In this document: positions 12,301-23,700 of the stretch, one piece after another
Numbering within the stretch: the first letter of the stretch is position 1
How the letters are laid out: every line of letters begins with the position of its first letter
Source: Amoebophrya sp. A120
Lineage: Eukaryota > Protista > Dinoflagellata
Reading direction: 5' to 3'
DNA length: 64,000 nucleotides
NCBI GenBank assembly: GCA_905178155.1
Contig: CAJINV010000003.1
Coordinates: forward strand, 6,508,570 to 6,572,569
Position numbers and translations under genes: made by a program
Notes under the pieces: generated by a model
What the model saw: the letters and a program-made list of their open reading frames with translations, nothing else
What the model was told of the DNA's origin: nothing
Database searches by the model: none

Positions 12301-15300
12301 NNNNNNNNNNNNNNNNNNNNNNNNNNNNNNNNNNNNNNNNNNNNNNNNNNNNNNNNNNNNNNNNNNNNNNNNNNNNNNNNNNNNNNNNNNNNNNNNNNNN
12401 NNNNNNNNNNNNNNNNNNNNNNNNNNNNNNNNNNNNNNNNNNNNNNNNNNNNNNNNNNNNNNNNNNNNNNNNNNNNNNNNNNNNNNNNNNNNNNNNNNNN
12501 NNNNNNNNNNNNNNNNNNNNNNNNNNNNNNNNNNNNNNNNNNNNNNNNNNNNNNNNNNNNNNNNNNNNNNNNNNNNNNNNNNNNNNNNNNNNNNNNNNNN
12601 NNNNNNTGCTCATCCAAGCCGTGGATCGCACGGAGAAAGGAGCCATCACATTTTATCGTAAGGTAAAATCCCCCCTCCCCATATTGAAAAGGTATGTTTT
12701 CGAAAATTTGCGTAGCTGATTTGAGGTCACAAATCACATCTGTGTTGCAAGAAGAGAACGGCAGAAGCTTCCGCCCCATTATGGAAGCGGTTTGTCATGC
12801 TGTTGAGCCAACATCAAGGACGCTTCTCATGCTAAGCGCCTAACTCAAAGCATCTCTGCTCAGGCTTGATATGGGTCTGCAGTCCTCTCTAGCAAGACAG
12901 ATTTGATTTGTGTACTCAAATACAGCAACACACATTCCGCTTTCGATATGGGGAAGGGGGATTTTTCCTCACAATACATTTGAAGAGTTTGCAGATCTGG
13001 TAAGCTTATAGCGTCTAGTAGTTCTTTTGAAGTATTGGTATTCATTTTGCTCGACAGCTGTGAACTTGTACATATCAAGTCTCTTCATGTTTGTTCTGGC
13101 ACAGTTGTGGTCTAAATCGCTACGTGTACCTACGTCTACATCGATATCCACCTGCAGTTGGTCTTGTTAATTAAAGAAGCGCTATTGTTTACTTCACGAC
13201 GAGTGGCATTCTTTATTTCGCGCTGATATGCGATATACCAGATTTACTCGCCACTGATCGAAGTGGGACGGGGGGCAGAGGACGCGGTGGAAAGGCACAC
13301 GCAGGCAATCACGCAGAACATTCTGGATATCTTGGTGGAGCGGGGTCCTTACCTCGGGAAAGCATTCTGTGACGTGGACCCCGATCGAAACTACTTCATC
13401 AGCAAAGAGCAGTTTACCAATGCTCTGGGAACCGCCTGCAACCACCTCTCGGACCAGGCCATTGACTTTTTGTGGGCCGCACAGTTCCCGATTTCGGGCA
13501 ACAACGAGGACGTAAACGCCATGTCTGCCGTTATCGAGAGCCAGCTTCCTGCCGTTGCGCCGATCGCCGTAGAAAGTGGAGACAGGCAAGCAACAGAAGC
13601 GGCGCCAAGTATACTGTTGTTTGACCGGCCCTTCCGATATGAAAAAGTGAAGACACGCGAATAAATGCACGACAACATCGGGTCTGTTCATCATCTCTTT
13701 GTAGGAAGCGTAGGAGTGCAAGCGCTTCATTTTCTCGGCTGCTACTTACTCAAGCTATTTTCATTTTGTTGGTTGCCTGAGCGTGTGCGTTGTTCTTATT
13801 CTTTTTCTTTGGTGATACGCGCACCGTAGCTAGAATTTTGGTACGTCCTCCACTTCAGGGCTTTGCAACGGATAGGATAAGACATGAATCGTAAAAATTC
13901 AGGGCCATCTACTGTGGAAGTCGGAACACAAGGGTCGTCCCCTTCCAAGGTGCCACCGGAGGAACGTCTGGAGATGCATTTCACTACGCAGACAAAGGCC
14001 TTCGACAAAAAGGAGAAAGCTGCGTACGACGCGAGGCAGGAGAAACGGAGGCAAAAGATGCGCGAACAGAAGCTGCCGGCAAATCCCTACCGCGATAAAA
14101 TCGACTGGACGCTGTTTATGAAGCAGCTTACCGATTACGTGATGAGCATGAGACCCATGACCCCGGTTTACTACCAGGTTCGTATCTATATATTCCTAGT
14201 TTTCATTTTGAAGCCGTCGCTAATCGTGCATGTGCTGTTATTTCTCGCCCATTTTTCTGCAGTAGATGTGGTTGTGGATGTGTTTGGAAAGGGGAGTAGA
14301 GCGAAAATAGAATCCTAGAATTGTATCAGGGAGGAGATGCGAACTTCGCTATAGAAAAAAGTGACAGTGAGCAAAGTAAGACGATTCTTCATCTTCTACG
14401 AAGGCCTTTTACAATCTTTTCCAACACTGACAGGGCAAAAAGCGGCACTATGATTTGGTCCAGCGGACCGCGGCGCTGACGGGTGGCAACATCCCCGAGC
14501 TCGATCTGAATCGGCCGAACATGGACGCAAAAACGCAGATACAGATTGTCGCGGACAAACTCGTGATGAAGGAGCGCAATCTATCCAACATGCCTTCCGA
14601 GGCCGCGATGCAAACTGTCAACTACAACGAGGTTATCCGCACCAAGGCCTACGCGGCACGGCGGGCCATCTATCACAATATATCCAAAGATCGCTTCAAG
14701 TACCTCTGCAACAATTACGAGCAAATACCGAGGCAGGTGATGATAGACATTCTGTTCAACGAGATCGAAAACCCGGGCAGTCAGCGGCCCTACGTCAGAC
14801 CAGGTACACCTTTTCTTTGTTGTACTCATCACGACGTGGAGGTGCTACACGCACGCTTCATTCTTGTTGGACGAAAATTTAAGAAGGTCTTCTGCTTTGT
14901 CTTCGTGCTCCGTGGCAGGAGTAGACCACAGAAGTACGGAGGCGTCTATGCAAAAAACTTACGAAGGAAATAGCACCAGGCTAATCCCCGTGAGATTTAT
15001 TTCACTTATTTGGACCACATGAATTATCCCAGGGGGCTCACTTCCCGACGGCTACCAGTCTCCGCGCGCCGAGGTTCCCGAAATCGAGCGTGTCCGCTAT
15101 AACCTGCCGAGGTGTTACAATCTCAAGCGTTACAATAGAATATGGAAATCTGTGAGGCAAGAGTGCAGGTGGATCTAGCCTACTCCCAGAGCATTGCGCA
15201 TGACAAGTTCTCGAGTCCCAAACCGCGCTACACTCTAGCGAAATTTCCATTGCAGAAAATGGAACACTCTGCGAGTCTGTCTTCATGCTCATGATGCAAA

Positions 15301-18300
15301 ACAAAATCCAGACTCTATTGCAAGGCGTGCGATTGTAACACCTGAGGAAGCCATATCCGCGACCCCGAACACGTTGCAGAAATCGCGAAGGCCGTTTACG
15401 GTCCAACGGTTCTGGAGCCGAAGGGCCGCAACAAGAAAGCGGCACACATACTCTGCCAACCCGCTGACATAGAAGCTTGGGTACTATTATCTAAGAGAGT
15501 GTCTAGCAGCTTTCTTGACGTTTTCGTTAAAGAATGTTGCAATGATTTTTTGGGCGGAAGATGGTGGCTAGTGCAAGGCTGAGCCTTTGTCGTAGATGAA
15601 CTCGTACTAGTACAGGAGCAGCAGCGGCCAACAAGCAGCTGTACTGATAGTTTCTTTGTGTGTGAAGTTCTCATCACGGTGCACGTTGGAATGAAGTGCC
15701 TACTCGGCGAGCATTTTCTCTTTCGTCAGACATACAGATAAATTTAACTGCTAGGTTGGGTGCGAGTTCGGAAACAATGGCGATATGGTGGCACCGGTGC
15801 GTGCGTGGAACTTGATCGAAAAGCAGAATGAGGACCTGTTGCTATCGGCTGCAAGCACGTCTGGATCTGGATGGAAGCACGCAACTTGCGTCGCAGATTT
15901 TGACATGGCAGTAGAATGTTCTGCTGTTGTTGTACAGCAATAGGTCATGACAAGGCTCTCCAGCTTTACTGCAGATTTCTTCGTAAATCGCATGTGCATC
16001 CGGATCCGCATGACGAAGTGCCCTCCGCCACGATAAAAAAACTCGCCTTTCATGTTCTTTCACCATAGGGCTCCTGATTGACTTTTAAAGTTTGAATCAC
16101 AAATCCAGATCCAGCCATATTCGCAATGCATAGCTTGCGCAGTTCGACGATTCGAAGGACGGCTTAAACAGGGCACTGCGGCAGTTGCGGCCGCTTCGGC
16201 AGCGGCCAAAGGACAGTAGTCTCGACGAGGTCGAGCGCAAGCGATTGGAGACCGAGGACGCTGGCGAGGCACGGACCTCAGCGTCCTCCACACAGGACAG
16301 GCGTCGTGAGAAAGAGGAGGCGGCAATGCAGTATCAGGAAGACCTACAGCCCGAACCCGCCTACCGAAACTATTGGCAGGTAGATGGCGGCTTAGCTTTA
16401 TCTTCAAGGAGACGTCGTGTTGCGATTCTAGACCCAGACCCTGTAGTCCCTGAGTGGACCGGAGGGAGGGTGCCACCGTTGGGGTGCGCGGCGTCAGAAT
16501 CTATCATGCGTCGAAATGTGTAAATGTAATATGGATAAATATTCTTTGTGACGTACTTCTGTTCTGCATCAGCGAGTTGGAGGATAAGAATGCATGACAA
16601 AAATTAGGCCCGGTTTGTGATGGAGCTGATTGCGGATGGATTGGAAAAAATGGAGAATGGTGCGAGCGGCAAGTTACGTTCGTACAAAGCGTTCAAGCGA
16701 CTGGACCACGACAACGACAATTACATCACGCTGAACGACTTAGAAAGATCTTTCCAGCAGTTCAAAATTTCGTACACGCCCGAGGACGTGCACGCCGTCT
16801 TCTCGGAGCTCGACACTGCGGATCGCGGATCTGTCGGTATCGGGCAATTTAGCCGGAGGTAATGCCACAGAGATATTCGGTCATGGACCTGGTGTAATCC
16901 TAGAGTAGGTATATGAAAAGAGCAGTTTTTGATTGTGAATCTGTAGACGAACAACTCCACTTTGTCCACAGCAAAAAGAAAATGAACTACGCGCACTTGT
17001 TGGACCTGTGGCGCAATGTCGTTCAAACAACCTTGATGCCCGCTGGATGCATTTGTATCAGCTGCAGATTGAATTTGAATTTCGTCGATAGAAAAACTTC
17101 AGTTACTTTTGAAACATGAATATTACAATCAGGTTTCTTACTTTCCAAGGGAGTCTGCTTGATAACATGCAAAAACCAATCGCGATGGCGGCGTTTGATG
17201 GGACTTACCAAGAGAAAAAAATCCGCCCCGAAATACTCAAAAGAAGACTTTGTATCATGCTGGATCTGTTGCAACAGGTCAGGATTACTGCAACAAGTTC
17301 TCACTGCAAAGAGGCAACACCGCAGGGCTTCTGTAGCACCACTCTATGTAGAAGTAGGTAATTCCTGAGCCTGACTTATAATTATTCGCGGCTGTCCGTC
17401 GCTGTTTGCTCGGCAAAAAATAACAATAAGCCATGCCCTACTGCTAGACCGCGTCATTCTCTCGCAGGCTAAGAATGGGTCTGCGTTGCCTTTTCAATCG
17501 TCAGAGCGGTGCAGTGTATGTATACAAAAAGAAAATACAACCAGGCTAACCGGGGGCATTCATAATTCTTGCGAGTGTGCAGGGGTGGGCCATGGATTTT
17601 TTCCCACGATAGACCAGCGCCCTACCGCGTAGGTCCGGTGGTGGAGCGGGAACGGGCCGAGGCAGCAAAGCGCGGCGACGGGCTCCAGGTGGTCGACCAG
17701 CCGATGGATGCGATGGGATCTGACCCAGGGGAAGTAGGGACGACACCCGTTGCTGCGGCAGATCCGGGACAAACCGAAGCCGGGCCGGACCAGCGAGAAG
17801 AACCGGTATCACAGCAGCACGAAGTAGAACAAGCCGCTGCGCCGTCTTCCCAGCGTTCTGCCGCGAATGCGGACAACAGTCCCGTTTCCGTGACGGAGTC
17901 TGCGCCCGCACCGGCGCCGTACGAGCAGGGAGCCTTACCGGAAGACGACGCCGCGATCTATCCAGGCGAGCCACCCTTCACGGGGCGTTCCTCGCGAGCG
18001 GGCGACTATCGGATGAAACCCCCGCGGTACAGCATGCTGGGGCGGCGTTACGGCAGCATCACGCAGGTGATCAAGGCGCGTACGGATCGGTGGAAGGCCA
18101 AGAAGCACGAACTGTACACCACGCTGCCCCCGTAGCCCTGGGAAAAACAGTTTCACTGTGAAGCTATAATGTAAACGACGAGTGTAGCACTCAAAAGGTT
18201 TTATTTGTTTTGCCAGACAGTATCTCGCCCACCTAGAGGCGAGCGCACATGTTGTTTTGCCAGGACTGCAAGAAAGGGCATTAATTTTATTGCACGCGTC

Positions 18301-18762
18301 TCCTCCTAGGGAGCGCGCGCGGCAGATTTTTGTTGTGATGCGTGACGATAAACTTCTCCTGCTGCAAACTGTGCTAAATCATCACAGTGAAACACAGCTT
18401 TTCTGTACGATACCCAGGGGCGATACGAGCGCACGCAGTACCCGGAAACCACGCACGTGACGCAACCCATCCCGCACGAGAGCATCGCGAGTTACCTGCC
18501 CGAAGAGCGCCGCTTCAAGACCATGTCTTTGGCGCACAATGTGTACGCAGCCCCGGACCCAGAGGTGCCAGCCCGCATGGACCGACTGAAGTCGATGGCG
18601 ATCCGCGATTTTAACGTCCGCCGCATCCAGCACCGGCAGGCCGAAATTTCGCATCGCCAAGCGCTGGCCGAGGAGGCGGCGCGCGAGTTCGAGGAGAAGC
18701 GCATCGCCCGAAAAGCGCTCAATCAGCTCAACTACGAGCGGAAAATCCGGGCGACCTACTAG
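9377..18762 (+). CDS. Large multi-exon EF-hand calcium-binding protein, spanning the assembly gap
   Basis: EF-hand loops DRTEKGAITFEEF (formed only after removing 11316-11643), DPDRNYFISKEQF, DHDNDNYITLNDL and DTADRGSVGIGQF. Introns are a mix of GT-AG (e.g. 9941-10226, 10959-11134) and element type. Not all junctions were resolved. Confidence 0.7.
10498..10800. mobile_element. TIR introner, family D (tatccNGNGTAAAAA)
   Basis: Perfect DR aggcg; join YYPR|RELVD. Confidence 0.85.
11316..11638. mobile_element. TIR introner, family A (tatcg..aaaatccccctccccatat)
   Basis: Perfect DR cattt; removal rebuilds an EF-hand. Confidence 0.92.
12052..12606. other. Assembly gap (555 N) flanked by an identical duplication (11271-11672 = 12609-13010)
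   Basis: N run; identical sequence at offset 1338. Confidence 0.95.
12654..12976. mobile_element. Family A introner, identical copy inside the duplicated segment
   Basis: Identical to 11316-11638 at offset 1338. Confidence 0.85.
15110..15347. mobile_element. Putative GT-AG intron with 13-bp terminal inverted repeat (second introner class)
   Basis: aggtgttacaatc / gattgtaacacct; DR gagg; GT at 15112, AG at 15345-15346. Confidence 0.65.
15843..16132. mobile_element. TIR introner, family B (gtctgg(g/a)tctgga)
   Basis: DR gttgc/gcttg; removing element +5 nt gives NEDLLP|QFDD. Confidence 0.8.
17206..17611. mobile_element. TIR introner, A-like
   Basis: taccaagagaaaaaaatcc / ggattttttcccacgata; 411-nt removal joins ORFs 17116 and 17569. 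Confidence 0.65.
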
Positions 18763-20719
18763 CGCACAGGGAGGACGACAACCATCCACGGTGCCAGTGT
18801 TTGCTGCGGTCGCGTGGAGCAGACGTAATTTCTTAGGTTTGTTTAGTGAAATAAGTATGATCTATAGATGACTTACTAGCGCGCTGCAACCTGCTGTGAT
18901 GCTGATGACAACAGATACCTGCAGCTGCACATGCAAAAATCCTCTTCTTCTAATTCCATCGAAAACAAAGCGAAACCGCTCTGCGGAGCCAATCCAAAAT
19001 TTATCAGACAGTAGTACGAGCAGATAGAGATTATGAAGTTAAGTAGACTAGCACAGACAGTTGTCGGGAGACTTAGACAACATTAGACGATATTTATTAG
19101 ACACCCAGAAGCAATTTCTTCAGTGAATAGGAATACGATACCGTTACAGAGGCGAGCAGAGCTTTGATGACACATCGCGGACGAGTCAAAATATAGAATC
19201 AATCTAGATATACTTACTAGCTTACTTTGTAGTTATCGAGCGCAGACGGAGACGCATGATATTATCATCTAGCAAATGTTGAGGCAGCATGTCGGGTGGC
19301 AGCAGACCCACAGCATCTTTGGGCACGTATAATTATGAATGTTTCCAGACACATCGCATTAGCAGCCACTGAAAATGAGCCCGCGTAGCGTTATGCTTGG
19401 CGTCAGCAACACTACAAAGAAACGGCTGTGGTGTCATTCATCTGACGTAACGCGACCGTTTTGTCGTCGAGTTTACACAACTCCGATCTGACGATCTGAG
19501 ATGCAGCTGCGTCAGGAATGAGCTTAGGAATAGTGATGATCTTGGAGACTATTCTATGTTGTGCCAAAAGAACTCCACCGACGATTTGCGACACAGTCAA
19601 CGCAGTTGTATAAAGATGTTTCCAGACTATACTACAGGATCTTCGAACTTGATGGCTGACAATGTTTCCTGTTTCTGTGAATGCCTATGGTTGCCGTGTA
19701 TCATGCTGCAAAAATCTGCCTTGAAATTATGCATGTGAATGTTTTTCGATACCCTGTACCATTTAGTTCTGGAAAGAAAGAATCTTCAAAATCAATTGCA
19801 TTAACTCGATTGATTCATTGCTAATATGCAACTGAAGAATCAATGCCGTGAGCGCATCAGAGATCACAGTCTGGTGGTCATTTGTTGTTCAAAGCTGGGC
19901 TTCCGTGGTAAGTAGGTCTCGAGGGAGTGTGGGGACGGAATTCGTTGCCTGGACGCGCGATGAGGGTGTGTGCTCATATCAATACGAATCTGTACGAGCA
20001 CTTGTTTCATGGGTGAAAGGGGGTCGGACCTGGGAGTCTGATCTTTCATTGTTGTAAACTTACTGACGCACCATATGCTTTCATTGTTGTAACTCTCTTA
20101 AATGTCCCGCTTCCACGGTGGAGGGAGAGGACAGCGAAGAAGGCTGCGAGAAGCAGGAGACTTTTCGTTATCCGCACGGGGGCAATAGAAGGTGACTATA
20201 GGTCATAAGAGAAGAGGACAGTATACTAGACCCCCCAGTTGGGTACATCATCATCACAACATTGAAACTGCACAGAAAATAATGGAAAAACAGCTTCAAA
20301 TTGGCGCCGCGCGGGGATGATCACATACTGATACACAAAAGTAGAAGATGAAGAGAGTTGTGTGGGGTGAACCGAAGGGGAGAGAGGATCACTATAAATT
20401 TTGGAATCTGCAGCTTCATCGGGTCCTACTGTGATTGAAATGAGAGCACGTTGCACAAACTGACTGTGACGAAAAACGCGACCCTGCATCCGAGCCTGAA
20501 GTTGGAGAATATCTTGTGCATGTTTTTACGATGTATCATATTTGAATTTATCTGGCTGCACTGGCTGCGAATAGTAGTCGGGTAGCTATAATAGATAGAA
20601 GCTCACTAGGACTAGACCACAAGCTCACTACAGAGGTACTGTTCTCCCGTTGAAAAGAGTTAACAGGGTCTTCGAGGAGAAGTCGTGTCGCTCGTACAAG
20701 AAGAGGCAAGTTTCACAAC

Positions 20720-23700
20720 ATGAACATGTCCGTCGGCGAGGAAGTAATGGTTGGATCGGGATCTGGAGATGCACTGGCCATCTCCGCCATTCCGTCGGAG
20801 ACGTACAAAACGCACCCTGCCGGTGAGGGCGACAGTAAGGAGTGCGACTGGGCTTTGAACGGGTTTCTCATCCCGCACTCCGTCGCAATATCTTGTGTAA
20901 AAACTTACCGCCCACCCCAGACTTGTCATGCGTTTTTGCATGATGCCGGTAGTGCCCAGAACACTTCTCATGCGGCTTCGCATGGGAGGGGGAGGCGTTG
21001 TCTATTCACCTTCTGGAATTCCTCACACGCTAATGTTATTGTTGATTTGTCGTGTAGCATCATGTCTCTCGTCTTGACTATGGGGTTATGTTACGTTTTT
21101 CAACAGGATACGTAAGGATGGCTACCTACGACCTGCTTGCCGCTGTCAAGGCCCTTGAGGCAAAGGGCGTTTCTGGCGAGAGTGCGACCCTGCTGAAGGA
21201 CTGGTACAAGAACTATTACCTGTACGGAGAAGAAATAAAGCCAGCACAAACACTATCACTACATTAGATTTTGCATGATGATGCATGGATGTACCATTGA
21301 GTTCATCGAGGATTCTGCCCGGATTCCGGACAGATCGAAGCTAAGATCACGCATAATTTTTTACGCCTGTGAGTCACACACTTTCGTGCTCCAGAAGAAA
21401 CAGTAGTGGACTTCCTTGAGTTGTCATGTTCGTATGGACTCATACAGACATACTTTCGTCTACAGACAAGCAAAGTGACGACGTGATGGTGGTGGATTTT
21501 TCTCGTCTGGATAGCTGCTGCTTCGTGCACCACCACCACCGCAACGAAGAGACGATCTACTTTCCCTGGCTTTCCGGCGTTTTGAAGGAGAAGGGGATTA
21601 CCTCTCTGCCACCGCTATTCCGTGTAAAAACGCTAACGCGGTTTATGACCGCTCTGTAGTGAAGATGTTGGTCGCGCCCGTGCAAAAGAGAGTGCGTCAG
21701 TCTCTGACGCGTTCGCTTACGAAAGACAGTTTTTTATTATATGTTTTTGTTTTGAGTTCTTCGTCTTTTTGAAAATAAAAGATGAAGAACTCAAAAAGAA
21801 TTTTTCTACTTCGTCATCTTCTGCTTTTTGCTGTGCCCGAAGGAACCACGATGGATAGGAATACCTAAGTAATCTTGAAAGATTCTGGGTCCGAACCTTC
21901 TGTCGCGGGAAATTTGCAGTACTGCAAAAGCTGCAGCTGCTTCTGGATTTCTATAGCAGAGCTGACATCTTGACTACAGGGCGAGTCACTGTGTGCCATG
22001 GGGATACTTGCGCATCTCCGAGCAGCATGATGATCTGATGAAACGCATGGACACTATCGAGGCGCAGACCCAATCCCTGGAAGAATTTGCGCTGAAGGAG
22101 CCAGAGAAAGTTCCTGCACTGGTAAGACTAAGTCTAGCTCCGGAAGAACACAGTAGACAGACTGTAACATGGAGCAGCTGCGTCTCGTTAAGAATGAATA
22201 CTGATAAATTATTTGCGCATAAACTACTTCTACTCATTAATTTCCTCGGAGCCACATGACTGCCAGAATAAGGGTTTTCTTCTTGAGTGATTGTTTGCCG
22301 TGTTTTATTCCGTGTGTTGAGGAGTGATGGCTGCATTCCTTCGCTCTGTTTGCGAAGAAGAGTGTACTGCTGAAAATTGGAAAGCTATTAGATGACGGGT
22401 TAGATGAATAGGGGTCGTTTGGATTCCGGGCGCGGTTTAAAAGGGTCCGGTGGGGGGTTTCGGGATGCGAACTAGAGGACAAACTAGATGGCCTCCTCCC
22501 CCATTGGACCTGGAGCAAGCATCTGCAACCGGGGCCCATCGTTCTGGCTTTTGGGGTGTCCGCTTTTGGTTTGAAATGTCAGGGCGTGGGATAGTTTTCC
22601 GTTTCTCCAGGTCCTCACCCCGCCAAGTCGCCAGGTTTTGGCAACCGTCTTCCTTGCCGCGTCTGTTTTCATCTTTTCCCTTGGCTGTGGTCCTGGGTTT
22701 GGGTAATTTGTAAATTAGCCACCTTCTATTCTCCAGTCAGAGTCTTTAGGTCGCCCGGGCCTGTCTCCCTGGTCTCGTGGCCCTGGCGCGGGCGGCGGGG
22801 GGCCTCTTCATTTTGGGCCCCCCGCGGAGCTTGCTGGTTAGCTGCTGTGCCACCCACGCCCCTGCCGATTGGTCGTTTCGCTGCTGTAATCGCGCGCGGC
22901 GCACGACTCGCCCGCGACGGCGCACACCCGCCCCCCCCGCGGCCGGATTTTCATCACAAAGGAAGCGCGCGGCCGCCCAGAGGGGCGCCGGCCCACCCGG
23001 CCCCCTGTGCGGGCGGGGGGGCGGGCCAACAGTGCGGGACGTTTGTTTTTTTCTGCCTGGTCGTCCTGGAGGTGGGGGGGCGCGCCACAGTTCTGGCGCT
23101 CTGTTGCGTGTTCGGCGATCAAACCTTTTTCGCCCGGCCCCGCTTCTTCGGTTGCCTCCGGGGATTTCTTGTTCCCGAATTTTGGCTTTTCTCCGCTCCA
23201 GGGGAGGGAACATAACGAGGAGGCGCAGGGAGGCGAGGCCGCCGGCCGCTCCATTGGGGCGAGGCCGGGAACATGGCGCGGGCGTCGCCGTTCGCGAAAG
23301 TAATGGCACCTAGCCAAAGGCGCAGCGGCCGCCCTCGCATGATATTGGGGCGCGCGACGGCAGGCCAAGGAAGCATACACGCACACGAGCCGACTTTCAG
23401 GCGACCTGCCCGGCGCCCTCTGGCTGGGCGAGCGCTCCGGGCGCATTGACTGGGAAGCGTGCGGCCACGCGGTTGCGCCAAGATTGCGCCACCCTGCCTG
23501 GGAAAGGCGCGCACGAGGGTCACTTGCGTGCATTCCAGGCTTTTTTTTGCCGGTGCCAAAGGCCCGCGTCGACCTTTACTTCGCCGCGGCCAGGTGTGTC
23601 GTATCCCGTTTTCTCAAACACCCGCTTTCCGGCCACTGCGGGGCCGCCCCCTGGCGGTCGTTCCCGCGAGTGGTCGCGGCACCGTGGCGAAGCTTTTCTG

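Noticed and set aside
11967-12779. ORFs spanning the N gap
   Set aside because: Artefacts of undetermined bases.
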